64,000 bases of DNA, taken from the NCBI GenBank assembly GCA_963701965.1, contig OY969695.1:2304001-2368000 (forward strand). The letters are read 5' to 3'. A model generated the notes under the pieces. That model was not told the origin of the DNA. It saw only the letters and a list, made by a program, of their open reading frames with translations, and ran no database searches. Origin of the DNA: an uncultured Gemmatimonadales bacterium (GTDB taxonomy: Bacteria > Gemmatimonadota > Gemmatimonadetes > Gemmatimonadales > Gemmatimonadaceae). Made by a program: the position numbers and the translations under genes. Shown piece by piece: positions 50,940-61,737 of the stretch (its first letter is position 1; every line of letters begins with the position of its first letter).

Positions 50940-52453
50940 CACTCGATGTGCCGATGGCGCCATTTGTCCTTGGCACGGGGGAAGTCGGCCCGATAGTGGC
51001 CGCCCCGCGATTCCTTGCGTAACAGGGCCGCCTCGGCGATGAGGAGAGCCGTGTCGACCATGTTGGCTTCTTCGGTCGCGCCGTCGGGGAGCCGCTGCCC
51101 GATCTCGGTGAGCTGGTCGACCGCCGAGCGGAGCCCCTTGGCTGTCCGGGCGATGCCGGCGTGCTCCCACATGACGGAGCGCACCCGGTCGGCCGCGACT
51201 TGGGCGGCGCCCCGATCGGTCAACTGGGGAACACTCCACATCACGGCGGGCGAGGGATCCTGACTCGGCGTCACCGTCGCCAGGTCGCGGGCCACCCGCT
51301 CGGCGAACACGAGCCCTTCCAGGAGCGAGTTCGATGCCAACCGGTTGGCCCCGTGGACTCCCGTGCGCGAGACCTCGCCGCAGGCGTACAAACGGTCGAG
51401 GGTGCTCCGTCCCTGCAGATCGACCACGACGCCGCCCATCATGTAGTGGGCGGCCGGCGTCACGGGGATGAGATCGGTCCTGGGGTCGATGCCGCGGGCG
51501 TGGCAAATGGCGAAAATGCCGGGAAAGCGGGTGTCGAAATCGGTGATCTTTCTGGCGTCGAGACGCACGGCCCCGGTCGCTTGGCGCTCCCGAAAGATCT
51601 CGCGCGCGACGACGTCGCGGGGCGCCAGCTCGGCCAGCCGATGCCGCTCGGGCATGAACCTGACGCCGTCGCCGTTGAGCAGGATGGCGCCATCGCCCCG
51701 CACGGCCTCGGAGATGAGCGCCAACGGGTTTTCGGGCGTATCCAGCGCCGTCGGGTGGAACTGCACGAACTCCATGTCGGCCAGTCGCGCCCCGGCGCGA
51801 TGGGCGATGGCGTACCCGTCGCCCGTGGCGACCTGGGGATTGGTGGTGTATCGGTACACTTGCCCGCACCCGCCCGTGGCCAGGACCGTGGCGTCGGCCA
51901 CGATCTCGACGGGACGCCCCGCCACGCTGGCCCGCACGCCGAAGCACACGCCGCCTTCGACGATCAGCTCCAATACGCGCGCGGTCTCCAGCACCGTGAT
52001 GCGCGGATTCTCGCGCACGCGCCCGGCGAGGGTCCGCGCGACCTCGGCGCCGGTCTGATCGCCGTGGGCGTGGACGATGCGCCGCCGCGAGTGGGCCGCT
52101 TCTTTCCCGAGCTTGAACCGCCCGTCTTCCTGCACATCGAAGTCGGCGCCGGCCCGATACAGGTCGCGCACCCGCGCGGGCCCTTCGTCGACCAGCACCC
52201 GGACGGCATCGGCATCACACAGCGCGGCACCGGCGGCCAACGTGTCGCGCCAATGCAGTGACGGCGAGTCCCCCGCGCCCAGCGCCGCGGCAATCCCGCC
52301 CTGCGCATACGATGTCGCCGAATCGAACAGCGATCGCTTGGTCAAGACGATGACATCATCCCGCTCGGCCGCGCGCCACGCCGTATGCAACCCCGCCACA
52401 CCGCTCCCGACCACCAGAAACCGGGTCCTGATCCGTTCGGGCGCTCCGTTCAT
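50936..52453 (-). CDS. nadB: L-aspartate oxidase
   Basis: GSGVAG, AQGGIAA, QFHPT, SEAVRG, HYMMGG and [11 protein letters not shown] motifs. Adjacent to nadA. Confidence 0.95.
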
Positions 52454-52459
52454 GCTTGA

Positions 52460-52467
52460 ATTATAAT
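52460..52467. promoter_or_regulatory. Palindromic bidirectional -10 element ATTATAAT
   Basis: TATAAT on both strands, each exactly 6 nt from a start codon (ATG 52453 on minus, GTG 52474 on plus). Confidence 0.7.
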
Positions 52468-52473
52468 CGTGTG

Positions 52474-53493
52474 GTGCGCGCCCTGGCCGCGTCGGTCGCC
52501 GCTCTGCTCATCGTCCATTTCGCCCTAGCGCTCGGCATCGCACGGGGGCATCCGCGCGGTGTGCCGGTGGGCGACAAAGCGACCGTTGGCGTCGTGCTCG
52601 ACATCGGCGGGCGGGGCGACAAGAGCTTCAACGATGGCGCGTTCGCCGGCGGCGACCGGGCCATGAAGACCCTGGGCGTCGGGGTGCGGTACATCGAGCC
52701 CGGCGATGGATCGGACCGGGAAGCCGGACTTCGGTTGTTCACGGCCGAGGGGATGCGGCTCGTCATCGGCGTCGGATTTATTTTCTCCGATGACCTGACG
52801 GGATTGGCGCGAGAGTACCCGCGGACGGCGTTCGCCGGCATCGACTTCGCGGTATCCGGACCCGTGCCGGACAACCTCGCCGCGATTCGCTTTCGGGAAG
52901 AAGAAGGTTCCTACCTCGTCGGCGCGATCGCCGCGCTGGCCGGCGGCTCCAAGCGTGTCGGGTTCGTCGGGGGGATGGACATCCCGCTCATTCACAAGTT
53001 CGAGGCCGGCTATCGCGCCGGCGTCGCCCGCGTCTGCCCGGACTGTACCGTGGTCGTGCAGTACGCCGGCGCCACGCCGGAGGCGTTTCGCGACGCGCCC
53101 CGCGGCAAGGCCCTCGCCTTGAGCCAGTATCAGTCCGGCGTCAACGTGATCTTCCAGGCCGCGGGCGCGACCGGGCTCGGCGTGTTCGAAGCCGCGCGCG
53201 AGACCGGAAAGTTGGTCATCGGCACCGACGCCGATCAGTACGCCGAAGCGCCGGGGCACGTGCTCACATCAATGGTCAAGCACGTCGACGTCGCCACGTA
53301 CGATGTCATCCGGCAGGTGCGCGACGGCACCTTTCACGGCGGCGTGCCCTCCTACGGACTGGCCGACGGCGGCATTGGCTACGTCTATGACGCGCGGAAC
53401 CGTGCGATGATCCCCGACCGCGTGCACGCCCGCGTCGACTCGCTGGCCGCCGACATTATCGCCGGCCGGATTCGCGTGCCCTCGACCCGCTAG
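52474..53493 (+). CDS. BMP-family ABC transporter substrate-binding protein (nucleoside-type)
   Basis: GGRGDKSFN, FREEEGSYL, AAGATGLG, IGTDADQ and TSMVK motifs. Confidence 0.92.
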   Translation: MRALAASVAALLIVHFALALGIARGHPRGVPVGDKATVGVVLDIGGRGDKSFNDGAFAGGDRAMKTLGVGVRYIEPGDGSDREAGLRLFTAEGMRLVIGVGFIFSDDLTGLAREYPRTAFAGIDFAVSGPVPDNLAAIRFREEEGSYLVGAIAALAGGSKRVGFVGGMDIPLIHKFEAGYRAGVARVCPDCTVVVQYAGATPEAFRDAPRGKALALSQYQSGVNVIFQAAGATGLGVFEAARETGKLVIGTDADQYAEAPGHVLTSMVKHVDVATYDVIRQVRDGTFHGGVPSYGLADGGIGYVYDARNRAMIPDRVHARVDSLAADIIAGRIRVPSTR

Positions 53494-54968
53494 TGCTCGC
53501 ACTCACCGGCATTCACAAGTCGTTCGGCGCCGTCGTCGCCAACCGGGGCGCATCACTCGACGTGCGCGCCGGCGAGATCCACGCCGTGGTGGGCGAGAAC
53601 GGCGCCGGCAAGACGACGCTCCTGCGGATCGCCTGCGGCGAGCTCGCGCCCGACGCCGGCACCGTGCGCTTCGGCGGGCGCGACGTCACCGGGTGGAACG
53701 TCTCGCAGGCGATCACCGCCGGCCTGGGGTTGGTGCATCAGCACTTCATGCTCGTGCCGCCCCTGACCGTCGCCGAGAACATCGTTTTGGGCCGCGAGCC
53801 CCGCGCCGGGCCGGCGCTCCAGCTGCGCCGCGCCGCGCGCGATGTGCGGGCGCTGAGCGAGCGCACCGGCCTGGCCGTCGATCCACGGCGTCGCGTCGAA
53901 GACCTGTCGGTGGGCGAGGCCCAGCGCGTCGAGATCCTCAAGGCGCTGTATCGCGGCGCCAACGTGCTGGCGCTCGACGAGCCGACCGCCGTGCTCTCCC
54001 CGATGGAAGTCGCCCAACTGTGGACCGTGTTGCGCGCGCTCCGGGCGGAGGGCGGGACCGTCGTGCTCATCACCCACAAGCTCGACGAAGTCATGGCCAT
54101 CGCCGACGCCGTCACCGTCCTGCGCGCCGGCGAGACCGTTGCCCGCTACGCGACGTCGGAGACCAACGCCGGCGCGCTGGCGCGTGCGATGGTGGGCCGG
54201 GAACCCACCGCTTTTCTCGCTCCCGCCGGCCCGACGACCGCGACCGCGCCGGTACTCGCGGTGAAAGATCTGACCGTACCGGGTGCGGTCGACCGTGTCA
54301 GCTTCACGGTCGCGGCCGGCGAGATCTTCGGCATCGCGGGAGTCGAAGGCAACGGTCAACGCGAGTTGATCGAGGCGATCGCCGGCTATCGGCGGTCTAC
54401 CGGGAGCATCGCGTTGGCCGACGTCCCCATCGAGCGGGAAAGCGTGCGGCGGCGCGGCGCCCTCGGGCTCGCGCACATTCCGGACGACCGGCATCGGCGC
54501 GGCCTGGTGTTGGACTATACTGTCGCCGAGAACCTCATCCTGGGGCGTGAGGAGGCCTTCGGCCGGTGGCGGCTCGATCGCGCCGCCGTCCAGCGGCACG
54601 CCGAGCGGTTGATTGGATCATTCGATATCCGGCCGGGTGATCCCCGCCGGATGGCGCGCACCCTCTCCGGCGGCAATCAGCAGAAGATCGTCGTGGCCCG
54701 GGAGATGGCCGGCGTTCGCGACTTCGCCGTGTTGTTGGCCGCGCAACCGACGCGCGGCGTCGACATCGGCGCCATCGAGACGATCCACTCACATCTCCGC
54801 CTGGCTCGGGCCGAAGGCCGGGCCATCGTACTCGTCTCCGTGGAGCTGAGCGAGCTGCTGGCGCTCGCCGACCGCATCGCCGTCATGCTGCGCGGAAAAT
54901 TCGTCGCCATCATCGGCCGCCCCGAGGCCGACGTCGGCATCCTCGGCCGCTATATGGCCGGCGCTTGA
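53493..54968 (+). CDS. ABC transporter ATP-binding protein (two NBDs, CUT2/nucleoside type)
   Basis: GENGAGKT, VHQHF, LSGGNQQK and QPTRGVD motifs. Confidence 0.93.
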   Translation: MLALTGIHKSFGAVVANRGASLDVRAGEIHAVVGENGAGKTTLLRIACGELAPDAGTVRFGGRDVTGWNVSQAITAGLGLVHQHFMLVPPLTVAENIVLGREPRAGPALQLRRAARDVRALSERTGLAVDPRRRVEDLSVGEAQRVEILKALYRGANVLALDEPTAVLSPMEVAQLWTVLRALRAEGGTVVLITHKLDEVMAIADAVTVLRAGETVARYATSETNAGALARAMVGREPTAFLAPAGPTTATAPVLAVKDLTVPGAVDRVSFTVAAGEIFGIAGVEGNGQRELIEAIAGYRRSTGSIALADVPIERESVRRRGALGLAHIPDDRHRRGLVLDYTVAENLILGREEAFGRWRLDRAAVQRHAERLIGSFDIRPGDPRRMARTLSGGNQQKIVVAREMAGVRDFAVLLAAQPTRGVDIGAIETIHSHLRLARAEGRAIVLVSVELSELLALADRIAVMLRGKFVAIIGRPEADVGILGRYMAGA

Positions 54969-54969
54969 G

Positions 54970-55977
54970 ATGAGACGACTCGGCCCCGTCATCATCGGCG
55001 CGCTCATCGCGCTCGTCGTCGGCGATTTGCTCATCATCGCCGTCGGCCAGTCCCCCAACGCCGTCTATCGGCTGCTGTTCGAGGGCACGTGGGGCAATCC
55101 TTACGGCGTGGCGCAAGTCCTGTACAAAGCGACGACGTTGACCTTCACGGGACTCTCGGTGGCCGTCGCCCTCCAGTGCGGATTGTTCAATGTCGGCGCC
55201 GAAGGCCAATTGGCGGCTGGCGGCTTCGCCGCCGCCGCGGCGGGGCTCCTGATCCCCAGCGCTGTGCCCGCGCCAATTGCCGTGGCGATCTGTGCGCTGG
55301 CCGCCGTAACCGGCGGAGCGGTCACGGGCGCCGTGCCGGGCGCGCTCAACGCGTGGTTCGGCGCCAACGAAGTGATCACGACGATCATGCTGAACTTCGT
55401 CGTGCTGTTCTTGTTGAACTGGGTGGTGACGGCGCATCTCCACGTGCCCGAGACCGTGCATACGCCGGCGTTGACGCTGGGCACCGTGCCGCGTCTCTCG
55501 GCATTCGTGCCCGCCTTTCACGGGTCGGCCGCGAACGTCACGATCTTCTTCGCCCTCACCGCCGCCGTCGCCAGCTGGTGGCTGCTCTTTCGCACGCGCT
55601 ACGGCTACGAAGTGCGGGCCGTCGGCCTGGCGCCCGACGCCGCCGAGGCAGCCGGGATCACGCCGGCGCGCGCCCGCTTCATGACCTTCGTGGTCGCCGG
55701 CGCGTTGGCCGGTCTGGGCGGCACGAATTTCGTGCTCGGCTACAAGCACTATTACGAAGATGGATTCGCGGGCGGCGCCGGCCTCGTGGGCATTGCCGTC
55801 GCTCTCGCCGGCCGCGCGAACCCCTTCGGGCTCATCGTCGCCGCCCTGGCCTTCGCCACGCTGTCGCAAGGCGGCCTGGCCATCCATGCGGTCGTCCCCA
55901 AGCAGATGGCCGAGGTGCTGCAAGGCGTGGTCATTCTCGTCATTGCGGCCGCCAGCGGCCGGCGGGCCAAGTCGTGA
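54970..55977 (+). CDS. ABC transporter permease (nucleoside type)
   Basis: GLFNVGAEGQ and NEVITTIMLNF motifs. Confidence 0.92.
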   Translation: MRRLGPVIIGALIALVVGDLLIIAVGQSPNAVYRLLFEGTWGNPYGVAQVLYKATTLTFTGLSVAVALQCGLFNVGAEGQLAAGGFAAAAAGLLIPSAVPAPIAVAICALAAVTGGAVTGAVPGALNAWFGANEVITTIMLNFVVLFLLNWVVTAHLHVPETVHTPALTLGTVPRLSAFVPAFHGSAANVTIFFALTAAVASWWLLFRTRYGYEVRAVGLAPDAAEAAGITPARARFMTFVVAGALAGLGGTNFVLGYKHYYEDGFAGGAGLVGIAVALAGRANPFGLIVAALAFATLSQGGLAIHAVVPKQMAEVLQGVVILVIAAASGRRAKS

Positions 55978-56819
55978 ACGCGCTGGGATTTATCTGGCAG
56001 ACGCTGCGCATCGCCGCGCCCTATCTGTTCGCGGCCGCGGGCGGCACCATCGCCGAGCAATCGGGCATCGTGAGCCTCGATCTCGAGGGGTACATGCTGG
56101 CCGGCGCGTGCGCGGCCGCCTTTGGGTCCTACTATGCCGGTGACATGTGGACCGGCGTCGTGTGCGGCGCCGCGGGCGGCGCCGCGCTCGCCGCGCTCCA
56201 CGGCATCGCCACGATCCGCTACCGCGCCGATCAGATCGTGTCGGCGATCGCCATCAACATTCTGGCGATCGGCCTGACCCGGTTCGCCCTCCGCGTCGCC
56301 TTTGGCAGCTCATCGAACTCGCCCCGCATCCCCGGCGTCGCGGGCGGCGCCTTCGTGATCGCCGGCTTGCTCGTTATTCCCGTGGTGGCCGCGATCATCG
56401 CCTGGACTCCCTTTGGCCTCCGCCTGCGCGCCGTTGGCGAATATCCGGGGGCCGCCGCATCGGCCGGGGTCCACATCGCGCGCATTCGCGCGATCGCCGT
56501 GCTGCTCTCTGGTGTGCTGGCCGGCCTCGGTGGCGCGTACCTGGCGCTGGATCAACACCAGTTCTCCGACCAGATGACCGCGGGCCGCGGCTTCATTGCG
56601 CTGGCGGCCGTGATCTTCGGCCGTTGGCGCCCGCTTTACGTCGGGGCCGCCTGTCTCTTGTTCGCGGCCGCGGAAGCCCTGGAAATCAATCTGCAAGGGG
56701 TCAGCGCCGTTCCTTCCCAATTTGTTGCAATGATCCCGTACGTCCTCACTATCGTAGCACTCACGGGTCTGGTAGGTCGGTCCGTCCCTCCGGCCGCCTT
56801 GGGCAACCCCGAACGTTAG
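55974..56819 (+). CDS. ABC transporter permease, second subunit
   Basis: EQSGIVSLDLEG, GLRLRAVGE, GRGFIALAA and IPYVLT motifs. GTGA overlap with the upstream permease. Confidence 0.92.
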   Translation: MNALGFIWQTLRIAAPYLFAAAGGTIAEQSGIVSLDLEGYMLAGACAAAFGSYYAGDMWTGVVCGAAGGAALAALHGIATIRYRADQIVSAIAINILAIGLTRFALRVAFGSSSNSPRIPGVAGGAFVIAGLLVIPVVAAIIAWTPFGLRLRAVGEYPGAAASAGVHIARIRAIAVLLSGVLAGLGGAYLALDQHQFSDQMTAGRGFIALAAVIFGRWRPLYVGAACLLFAAAEALEINLQGVSAVPSQFVAMIPYVLTIVALTGLVGRSVPPAALGNPER

Positions 56820-56828
56820 ATTTGCCCT

Positions 56829-58103
56829 GTGAACCGGAAACTGCTCATCCTCATCATCACGGCCGGCGTCGACATGATGGGGACGTTTCTTGTACTCCCC
56901 ATTCTTCCGTTCTACGCCACGCGGCTCGGCGCCAACGCGTTTATCGTGTCCTGCCTGACCGCTTCGTTCAGCCTCGCGACGTTGCTCTCGGCCCCGTATT
57001 GGGGCCGTTTTTCCGACCGCCATGGCCGGAGACCCGCCCTGCTGATCGCGCTCGGCGCATCGGCGATCGGGTACGTGATCTTCGCCTTCGCGAACTCCGT
57101 CCCTTTGCTGCTGCTGTCGCGCATCGTCCAAGGGGCCGGCGGTGGCACCGTAGGCGTCATTCAGGCGTACGTCGCCGACGCGACCGAACCCAAAGGCCGC
57201 ACCCGTGCGCTCGGATGGCTGTCCGCGGCCACCAATGCCGGTGTGCTCGTGGGCCCCGCGATCGGGTCCCTGTCGTACCAGCTTGGCGAATATGCTTTTC
57301 ACTTGAACGGGCACTCGTTCATGCTCGGCAGCCACACGCCGGGCCTGCTCGCGGCGCTCGTCTGCGTCTGCAATAGCTACTTCGTCTGGAAGAATCTGCG
57401 CGAGACGCGCGTGATCTCCTCGTCGAAGGCGGTCCGCGTCGAGCGCTCGACGCAGGTGATCTGGAACATCATCCGGCATTCCGATCGACCGGCCTCGCGG
57501 CTCATCTGGATCTACGCCATCGCGCTCGGGGCTTTCTACGGTGTGACGACCGTGATGGTCCTCTACCTGGGCTTCCGGTTCAACTTCAACGAGAAATCGA
57601 TCGGCCCACTGTTCTCGTACATGGGGATGATCTCCATCATCGCCCGTGCGGGGCTGCTCGGGCCGGCCATCGACCGATTCGGCGAGGCCCGGCTCTCGCG
57701 CGTCGGGACGGTGATGCTGGCGCTGGGCCTCGTGTTGGTCCCACTGGCCCCATCCGTGTTCGCATTCTATCTGGTGGTGCCGCTCCTCAACATCGGCACG
57801 GCCTTCACGTTTCCCGGCGTCACGGCGTTGCTCTCCCGCGTGATCCCGGTCGACGAGCGGGGCCTGTACATGGGCGCCCAGCAATCGTTCGGGGGCGTGG
57901 CCCGGGTGCTGTTCCCCTTGGGCGCCGGGCTACTCTACGTCACCGTGGGCCACGGCGCGCCATTCTGGATCGCGGCCACGCTCGTCATGGCCACGCTGCT
58001 GCTGGGACTCGATATGGAGAGCTACGTGCGCCCCGAACCAGCGCCCGTCCCCGCGGCCATCACCCCGAGTGAGGAAGTGACGACGTCTCGGGTGAGTGGA
58101 TAG
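56829..58103 (+). CDS. MFS transporter, TetA/DHA1-like
   Basis: GRFSDRHGRRP motif A, RIVQGAGGG and QAYVAD, about 12 TM helices. Confidence 0.92.
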   Translation: MNRKLLILIITAGVDMMGTFLVLPILPFYATRLGANAFIVSCLTASFSLATLLSAPYWGRFSDRHGRRPALLIALGASAIGYVIFAFANSVPLLLLSRIVQGAGGGTVGVIQAYVADATEPKGRTRALGWLSAATNAGVLVGPAIGSLSYQLGEYAFHLNGHSFMLGSHTPGLLAALVCVCNSYFVWKNLRETRVISSSKAVRVERSTQVIWNIIRHSDRPASRLIWIYAIALGAFYGVTTVMVLYLGFRFNFNEKSIGPLFSYMGMISIIARAGLLGPAIDRFGEARLSRVGTVMLALGLVLVPLAPSVFAFYLVVPLLNIGTAFTFPGVTALLSRVIPVDERGLYMGAQQSFGGVARVLFPLGAGLLYVTVGHGAPFWIAATLVMATLLLGLDMESYVRPEPAPVPAAITPSEEVTTSRVSG

Positions 58104-58647
58104 GCGGGTGGACCGCCTCGCCGATCGCCTCGGACACGTTCACCTGCAGGCTCTTCGCCAAGGCCAGACCACGCGTCTGCAGCCACTCCACCGGCCAGCG
58201 CAGCGCCTCATTGACCGTCGCTAGGAGCGCGCTCGACTCGGGCGTGGGGACCTGCGCCTTGGAGATGGACACATCGATCTCGGCCAACGGCGCGCTGGGC
58301 AGCGGCAAGAGCGGCTTCCCACCCGTCTCCCGCGCCCGGCGGGCAACCGCGTCGAGCACGCGCACGAGATGCCGCAGCATGTAGTCGGGCCGTGGCCGCG
58401 CTTCGATGATCAGCCGCGTCAACTTGGACCGCAGCGTGGGATCGATCCGCCCGGTCCGCATCGCATCGAGCACGGCGAAATACAGCTTCTTCGCCCGACG
58501 CTCGACCGCGTGCGCGGCATACGCGCCGGCGACCGGCACCGGGGGCACGGGCAGACGGAATTTGTACCGGGGGACAGCGTCGCTGTCCGCACGGCCGTGA
58601 ACGACCAGGGCTGGTGCACGGCGCGCTGGACGCGTCCGGTTACGCAT
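58060..58647 (-). CDS. Hypothetical protein
   Basis: 195-aa ORF with a GGAGA ribosome-binding site, filling the gap between MFS and ndh. No recognised motif. Confidence 0.5.
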   Translation of the reverse strand: MRNRTRPARRAPALVVHGRADSDAVPRYKFRLPVPPVPVAGAYAAHAVERRAKKLYFAVLDAMRTGRIDPTLRSKLTRLIIEARPRPDYMLRHLVRVLDAVARRARETGGKPLLPLPSAPLAEIDVSISKAQVPTPESSALLATVNEALRWPVEWLQTRGLALAKSLQVNVSEAIGEAVHPPIHSPETSSLPHSG

Positions 58648-58719
58648 GACTCGGTATCTCCCTTCTCCTCACGAACGGGGACGCGCGGGAAGATAGATTG
58701 GCCACACGCCGGGAGCCAG

Positions 58720-60042
58720 TCACTTTGCGGCGACAACTCTCATATACGGCCGCGCCTCACTTGCTACGGCGGTGTCGCTCTCCAACGGTGATGTGATGAT
58801 CCGCGACCCACGCTGGTACGTGAAGTACGCATAGGCCCACTCAACGAGCACGCTGAGCCGGTTTCGGAAGCCGGCGAGATACAGGATGTGCACGAAGAGC
58901 CACAGGAACCACGCCAGGACGCCCGTAACCCGGACGAAGCCGAAGTTGGCGATGGCGCGGTGGCGGCCCAGGGTCGCCAGATCGCCTTTGTTCACATAGT
59001 GGAACGGTTTTCGGGAACGCCCGGCTAGCGAAGCAATAATGCTCGCGCCCGCGTGCCATCCGCCCTGCATCGCTCCGGGGGCCACCCACGGCACGGGCGC
59101 CCCGTTCTTCCCCGGCACGGTCGCGAGATCGCCGACGACGAACACTTCCGGATGCCCGGGAATCGAGAGATCGGGCTCGACCTCGACGCGCCCGGCGCGA
59201 TCGAGTGGCACGCCGAGGGTCCGGGCCAGCGGTGACGCGGCATTCCCCGCGGCCCAGAAGATCGTGCGTGTCGGGATCCGCTCATCGCCGACATACACCG
59301 TATCGGGCTCGACCCGGGTCACCATCGCGTTGAGACGCACATCCACCCCCAGTTTGCCGAGGTCCCGCACCGCGTGATCGGCGAGCGACTGCGGAAACGC
59401 GGGCAAGAGACGCAATGTGCCTTCGAGCAGAATGACCTTCACGTCGCGCAGATCGGCGCGCCGAAAATCTCCGCGAAACGCCACGTGCGACACCGGCGCC
59501 AGGATGCCCGCCAACTCGCAACCCGTCGGTCCGCCGCCGACGACCACGAACGTCAGATACTCCTGACGCTCGATCGGATCATCGGTCCGCTCCGCCACCT
59601 CCAAGGCATCGAGAAAACGATTGCGGATGACGACGGCATCGCGGAGACTCTTGAGCCCGGGCGCCAACGCCTCCCACTCCGGATGCGAGAAGTACGAGTG
59701 GCGGGCGCCGGTGGCCACGATGAGATAGTCGTACGAGATCGACTCGCCGTGATCGAGCTCGACGATCCGGTGCGCGACGTCGATCCGCGTGGCCTCGGCC
59801 ATGAGGACTTCCACGTTCTTCTGCTTCCGCAGGAGCCAACGGATCGGCGTCGCAATGTCGCTGGGCGCCAGCGTGGCCGTCGCCACCTGATACAGCAGTG
59901 GCTGGAACAAGTGATGGTTCGCGCGATCGACGAGTGTGATGTCGACTGCCGCGCGCTTCAACCGCTGTGCCGCCTTGAAACCGCCGAACCCCCCACCGAT
60001 GATCACGACGCGCGGCCGGGGACGATCGCCGTTCATCGCCAT
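58720..60042 (-). CDS. ndh: Type II NADH dehydrogenase
   Basis: GGGFGG, FQPLLYQVAT, GGGPTGCELAG, WAAG and WLFVH motifs. Confidence 0.93.
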   Translation of the reverse strand: MAMNGDRPRPRVVIIGGGFGGFKAAQRLKRAAVDITLVDRANHHLFQPLLYQVATATLAPSDIATPIRWLLRKQKNVEVLMAEATRIDVAHRIVELDHGESISYDYLIVATGARHSYFSHPEWEALAPGLKSLRDAVVIRNRFLDALEVAERTDDPIERQEYLTFVVVGGGPTGCELAGILAPVSHVAFRGDFRRADLRDVKVILLEGTLRLLPAFPQSLADHAVRDLGKLGVDVRLNAMVTRVEPDTVYVGDERIPTRTIFWAAGNAASPLARTLGVPLDRAGRVEVEPDLSIPGHPEVFVVGDLATVPGKNGAPVPWVAPGAMQGGWHAGASIIASLAGRSRKPFHYVNKGDLATLGRHRAIANFGFVRVTGVLAWFLWLFVHILYLAGFRNRLSVLVEWAYAYFTYQRGSRIITSPLESDTAVASEARPYMRVVAAK

Positions 60043-60057
60043 TCTTAACTATAACCA

Positions 60058-61737
60058 CTAGTGGATCGGTTGCTCGGTCAGCTCGATGCGGCCCGCGGCG
60101 CCGATGAGGCGCGCAGCCAGAGTGATCAATAGCACGATGCCGATGAGCAGCACGCTGAAGGCGGCCGCGGTGCCGAACGCGAAATCACGGATCTGCGCCA
60201 GGATCTCGATGGAAATGGGGCGATTCGCGTGTGTATAGAGCACCACCGACGCGACGAATTCGCCAACCGCTGTGATCGCCGCGAGTTGAGCGCCGGCGAC
60301 CAAACCCGGCCGTGCGGCGGGCAACATCACGCGCCGCAACACCAGCCACCAGTTTGCGCCGAGCCCGCGCGCCGCGTCCTCGAGCGAGGGATCCATCTGG
60401 CGTAGTGAGCCCTCGACAGCCGAGGCCACGAGTGGAACGCCGCGGATGAAGTACGCCAAGGGGAGGATCCAGAAGGATCCCACGAGCAACAGCCGGAGCG
60501 TCGCCGCGTCGTTGCGATTGAACGTCGACGCCAGACCAATGGCAACAGCGGTGGCGGGGATGGCCCACGGCAGCGCGACGAGAAACTCGAGCAGCCGCCG
60601 CCCCGGGAATTTGCGCAGCGCAATGAGGTAGGCTGCGGCCGAGCAGATCACGACGTTGCCCGCGGTGGCCAGGAGCGCCATCTCGACGCTGCTCCACACC
60701 GGTCTCCACAGATCGGGATCCGTCGCCAGGCGGCGGAAGTTGTCCAAGGTGTACGCCGGCGGCAGCACCTGCGTCGTCCACGCCCCGTCCTTGGCGAACG
60801 ACACGAGCACGATCATCAAGTGCGGCAGAATCAGCACCGTGACCGCCGCCGCGGCCGCAGGCAGCGTCAGTGCCCGCAGCATCGGCGACCGCACGCGCTG
60901 GCGCGTGATGCCGCCCTTGCCCAGCGCCGCGTACCGGCGGCGGCCCTCGAACCAGCGCGACAACCACAACGCGGCCAACGCCGCCAACGCCAGCACCGTG
61001 GTCTCGACGTAGGCGACACCGACGTTGCCGTTCAAGCGCGAGACCAGGATCTGGGTCGAGAGCACGCGCAGCCCGCCGCCGAAGATGTACGGCGCGGAGA
61101 ACGAGCCGAGGGAGCTCATGAAAACGAGCAGCATGGCGCCGGCGAGCGCGGGCGTGAGCAGCGGGATCGTGACGCGGCGGAGCCGCCGCACGGTGCCCGC
61201 GCCCAACCCCGCCGCCGCTTCGTCCAGTGACGTGTCGTAGCGTTCGAGGCCGGCCGCGACGAACATGTACACATACACATACATCGTGTAGGCGTGCACG
61301 AAGACGATCGCCCATCCCCCGCCCAGCGTCCATGGGGGCGTGTCGCGGTGCAAGAGCGCCTGCACCGCTCGCGTCACCACCCCGCTCTCTCCGTACAGGA
61401 AGAGAAACGCCACCACCCCGACGAGCGGCGGCAGCGCCGCCGGCAGCGTCGCCACCGCGCGGAGCAGGAGGCGTCCGCGGAATTCGATCCGGGTCAGTAG
61501 AAAAGCGAGGGGAAGGCCGATCGCCGTCGACGCGATGACCGAGACCACCGAGATCCAGAGACTCGTCCACAGCGCTTCGCGGTCCGCGGGGCTCGCCGCG
61601 AACGCGTGCCAGTAGCCCAGGCCGCGGCCAAAGCTGCCCGCGAGCACGGCGGCGTTGGGGTATACCACGGACCAGAGCAGCACGGCGAACAGCGGCCATG
61701 CCAGGAGCGGAACGCGGTTACGCGTAGCCGAGCCCAC
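60058..61737 (-). CDS. ABC transporter permease, Fe3+/thiamine/polyamine type (two fused TMDs)
   Basis: Two EAA loops (LDEAAAGLGA, LEDAARGLGA). Start GTG 61737 is uncertain. Confidence 0.9.
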   Translation of the reverse strand: MGSATRNRVPLLAWPLFAVLLWSVVYPNAAVLAGSFGRGLGYWHAFAASPADREALWTSLWISVVSVIASTAIGLPLAFLLTRIEFRGRLLLRAVATLPAALPPLVGVVAFLFLYGESGVVTRAVQALLHRDTPPWTLGGGWAIVFVHAYTMYVYVYMFVAAGLERYDTSLDEAAAGLGAGTVRRLRRVTIPLLTPALAGAMLLVFMSSLGSFSAPYIFGGGLRVLSTQILVSRLNGNVGVAYVETTVLALAALAALWLSRWFEGRRRYAALGKGGITRQRVRSPMLRALTLPAAAAAVTVLILPHLMIVLVSFAKDGAWTTQVLPPAYTLDNFRRLATDPDLWRPVWSSVEMALLATAGNVVICSAAAYLIALRKFPGRRLLEFLVALPWAIPATAVAIGLASTFNRNDAATLRLLLVGSFWILPLAYFIRGVPLVASAVEGSLRQMDPSLEDAARGLGANWWLVLRRVMLPAARPGLVAGAQLAAITAVGEFVASVVLYTHANRPISIEILAQIRDFAFGTAAAFSVLLIGIVLLITLAARLIGAAGRIELTEQPIH

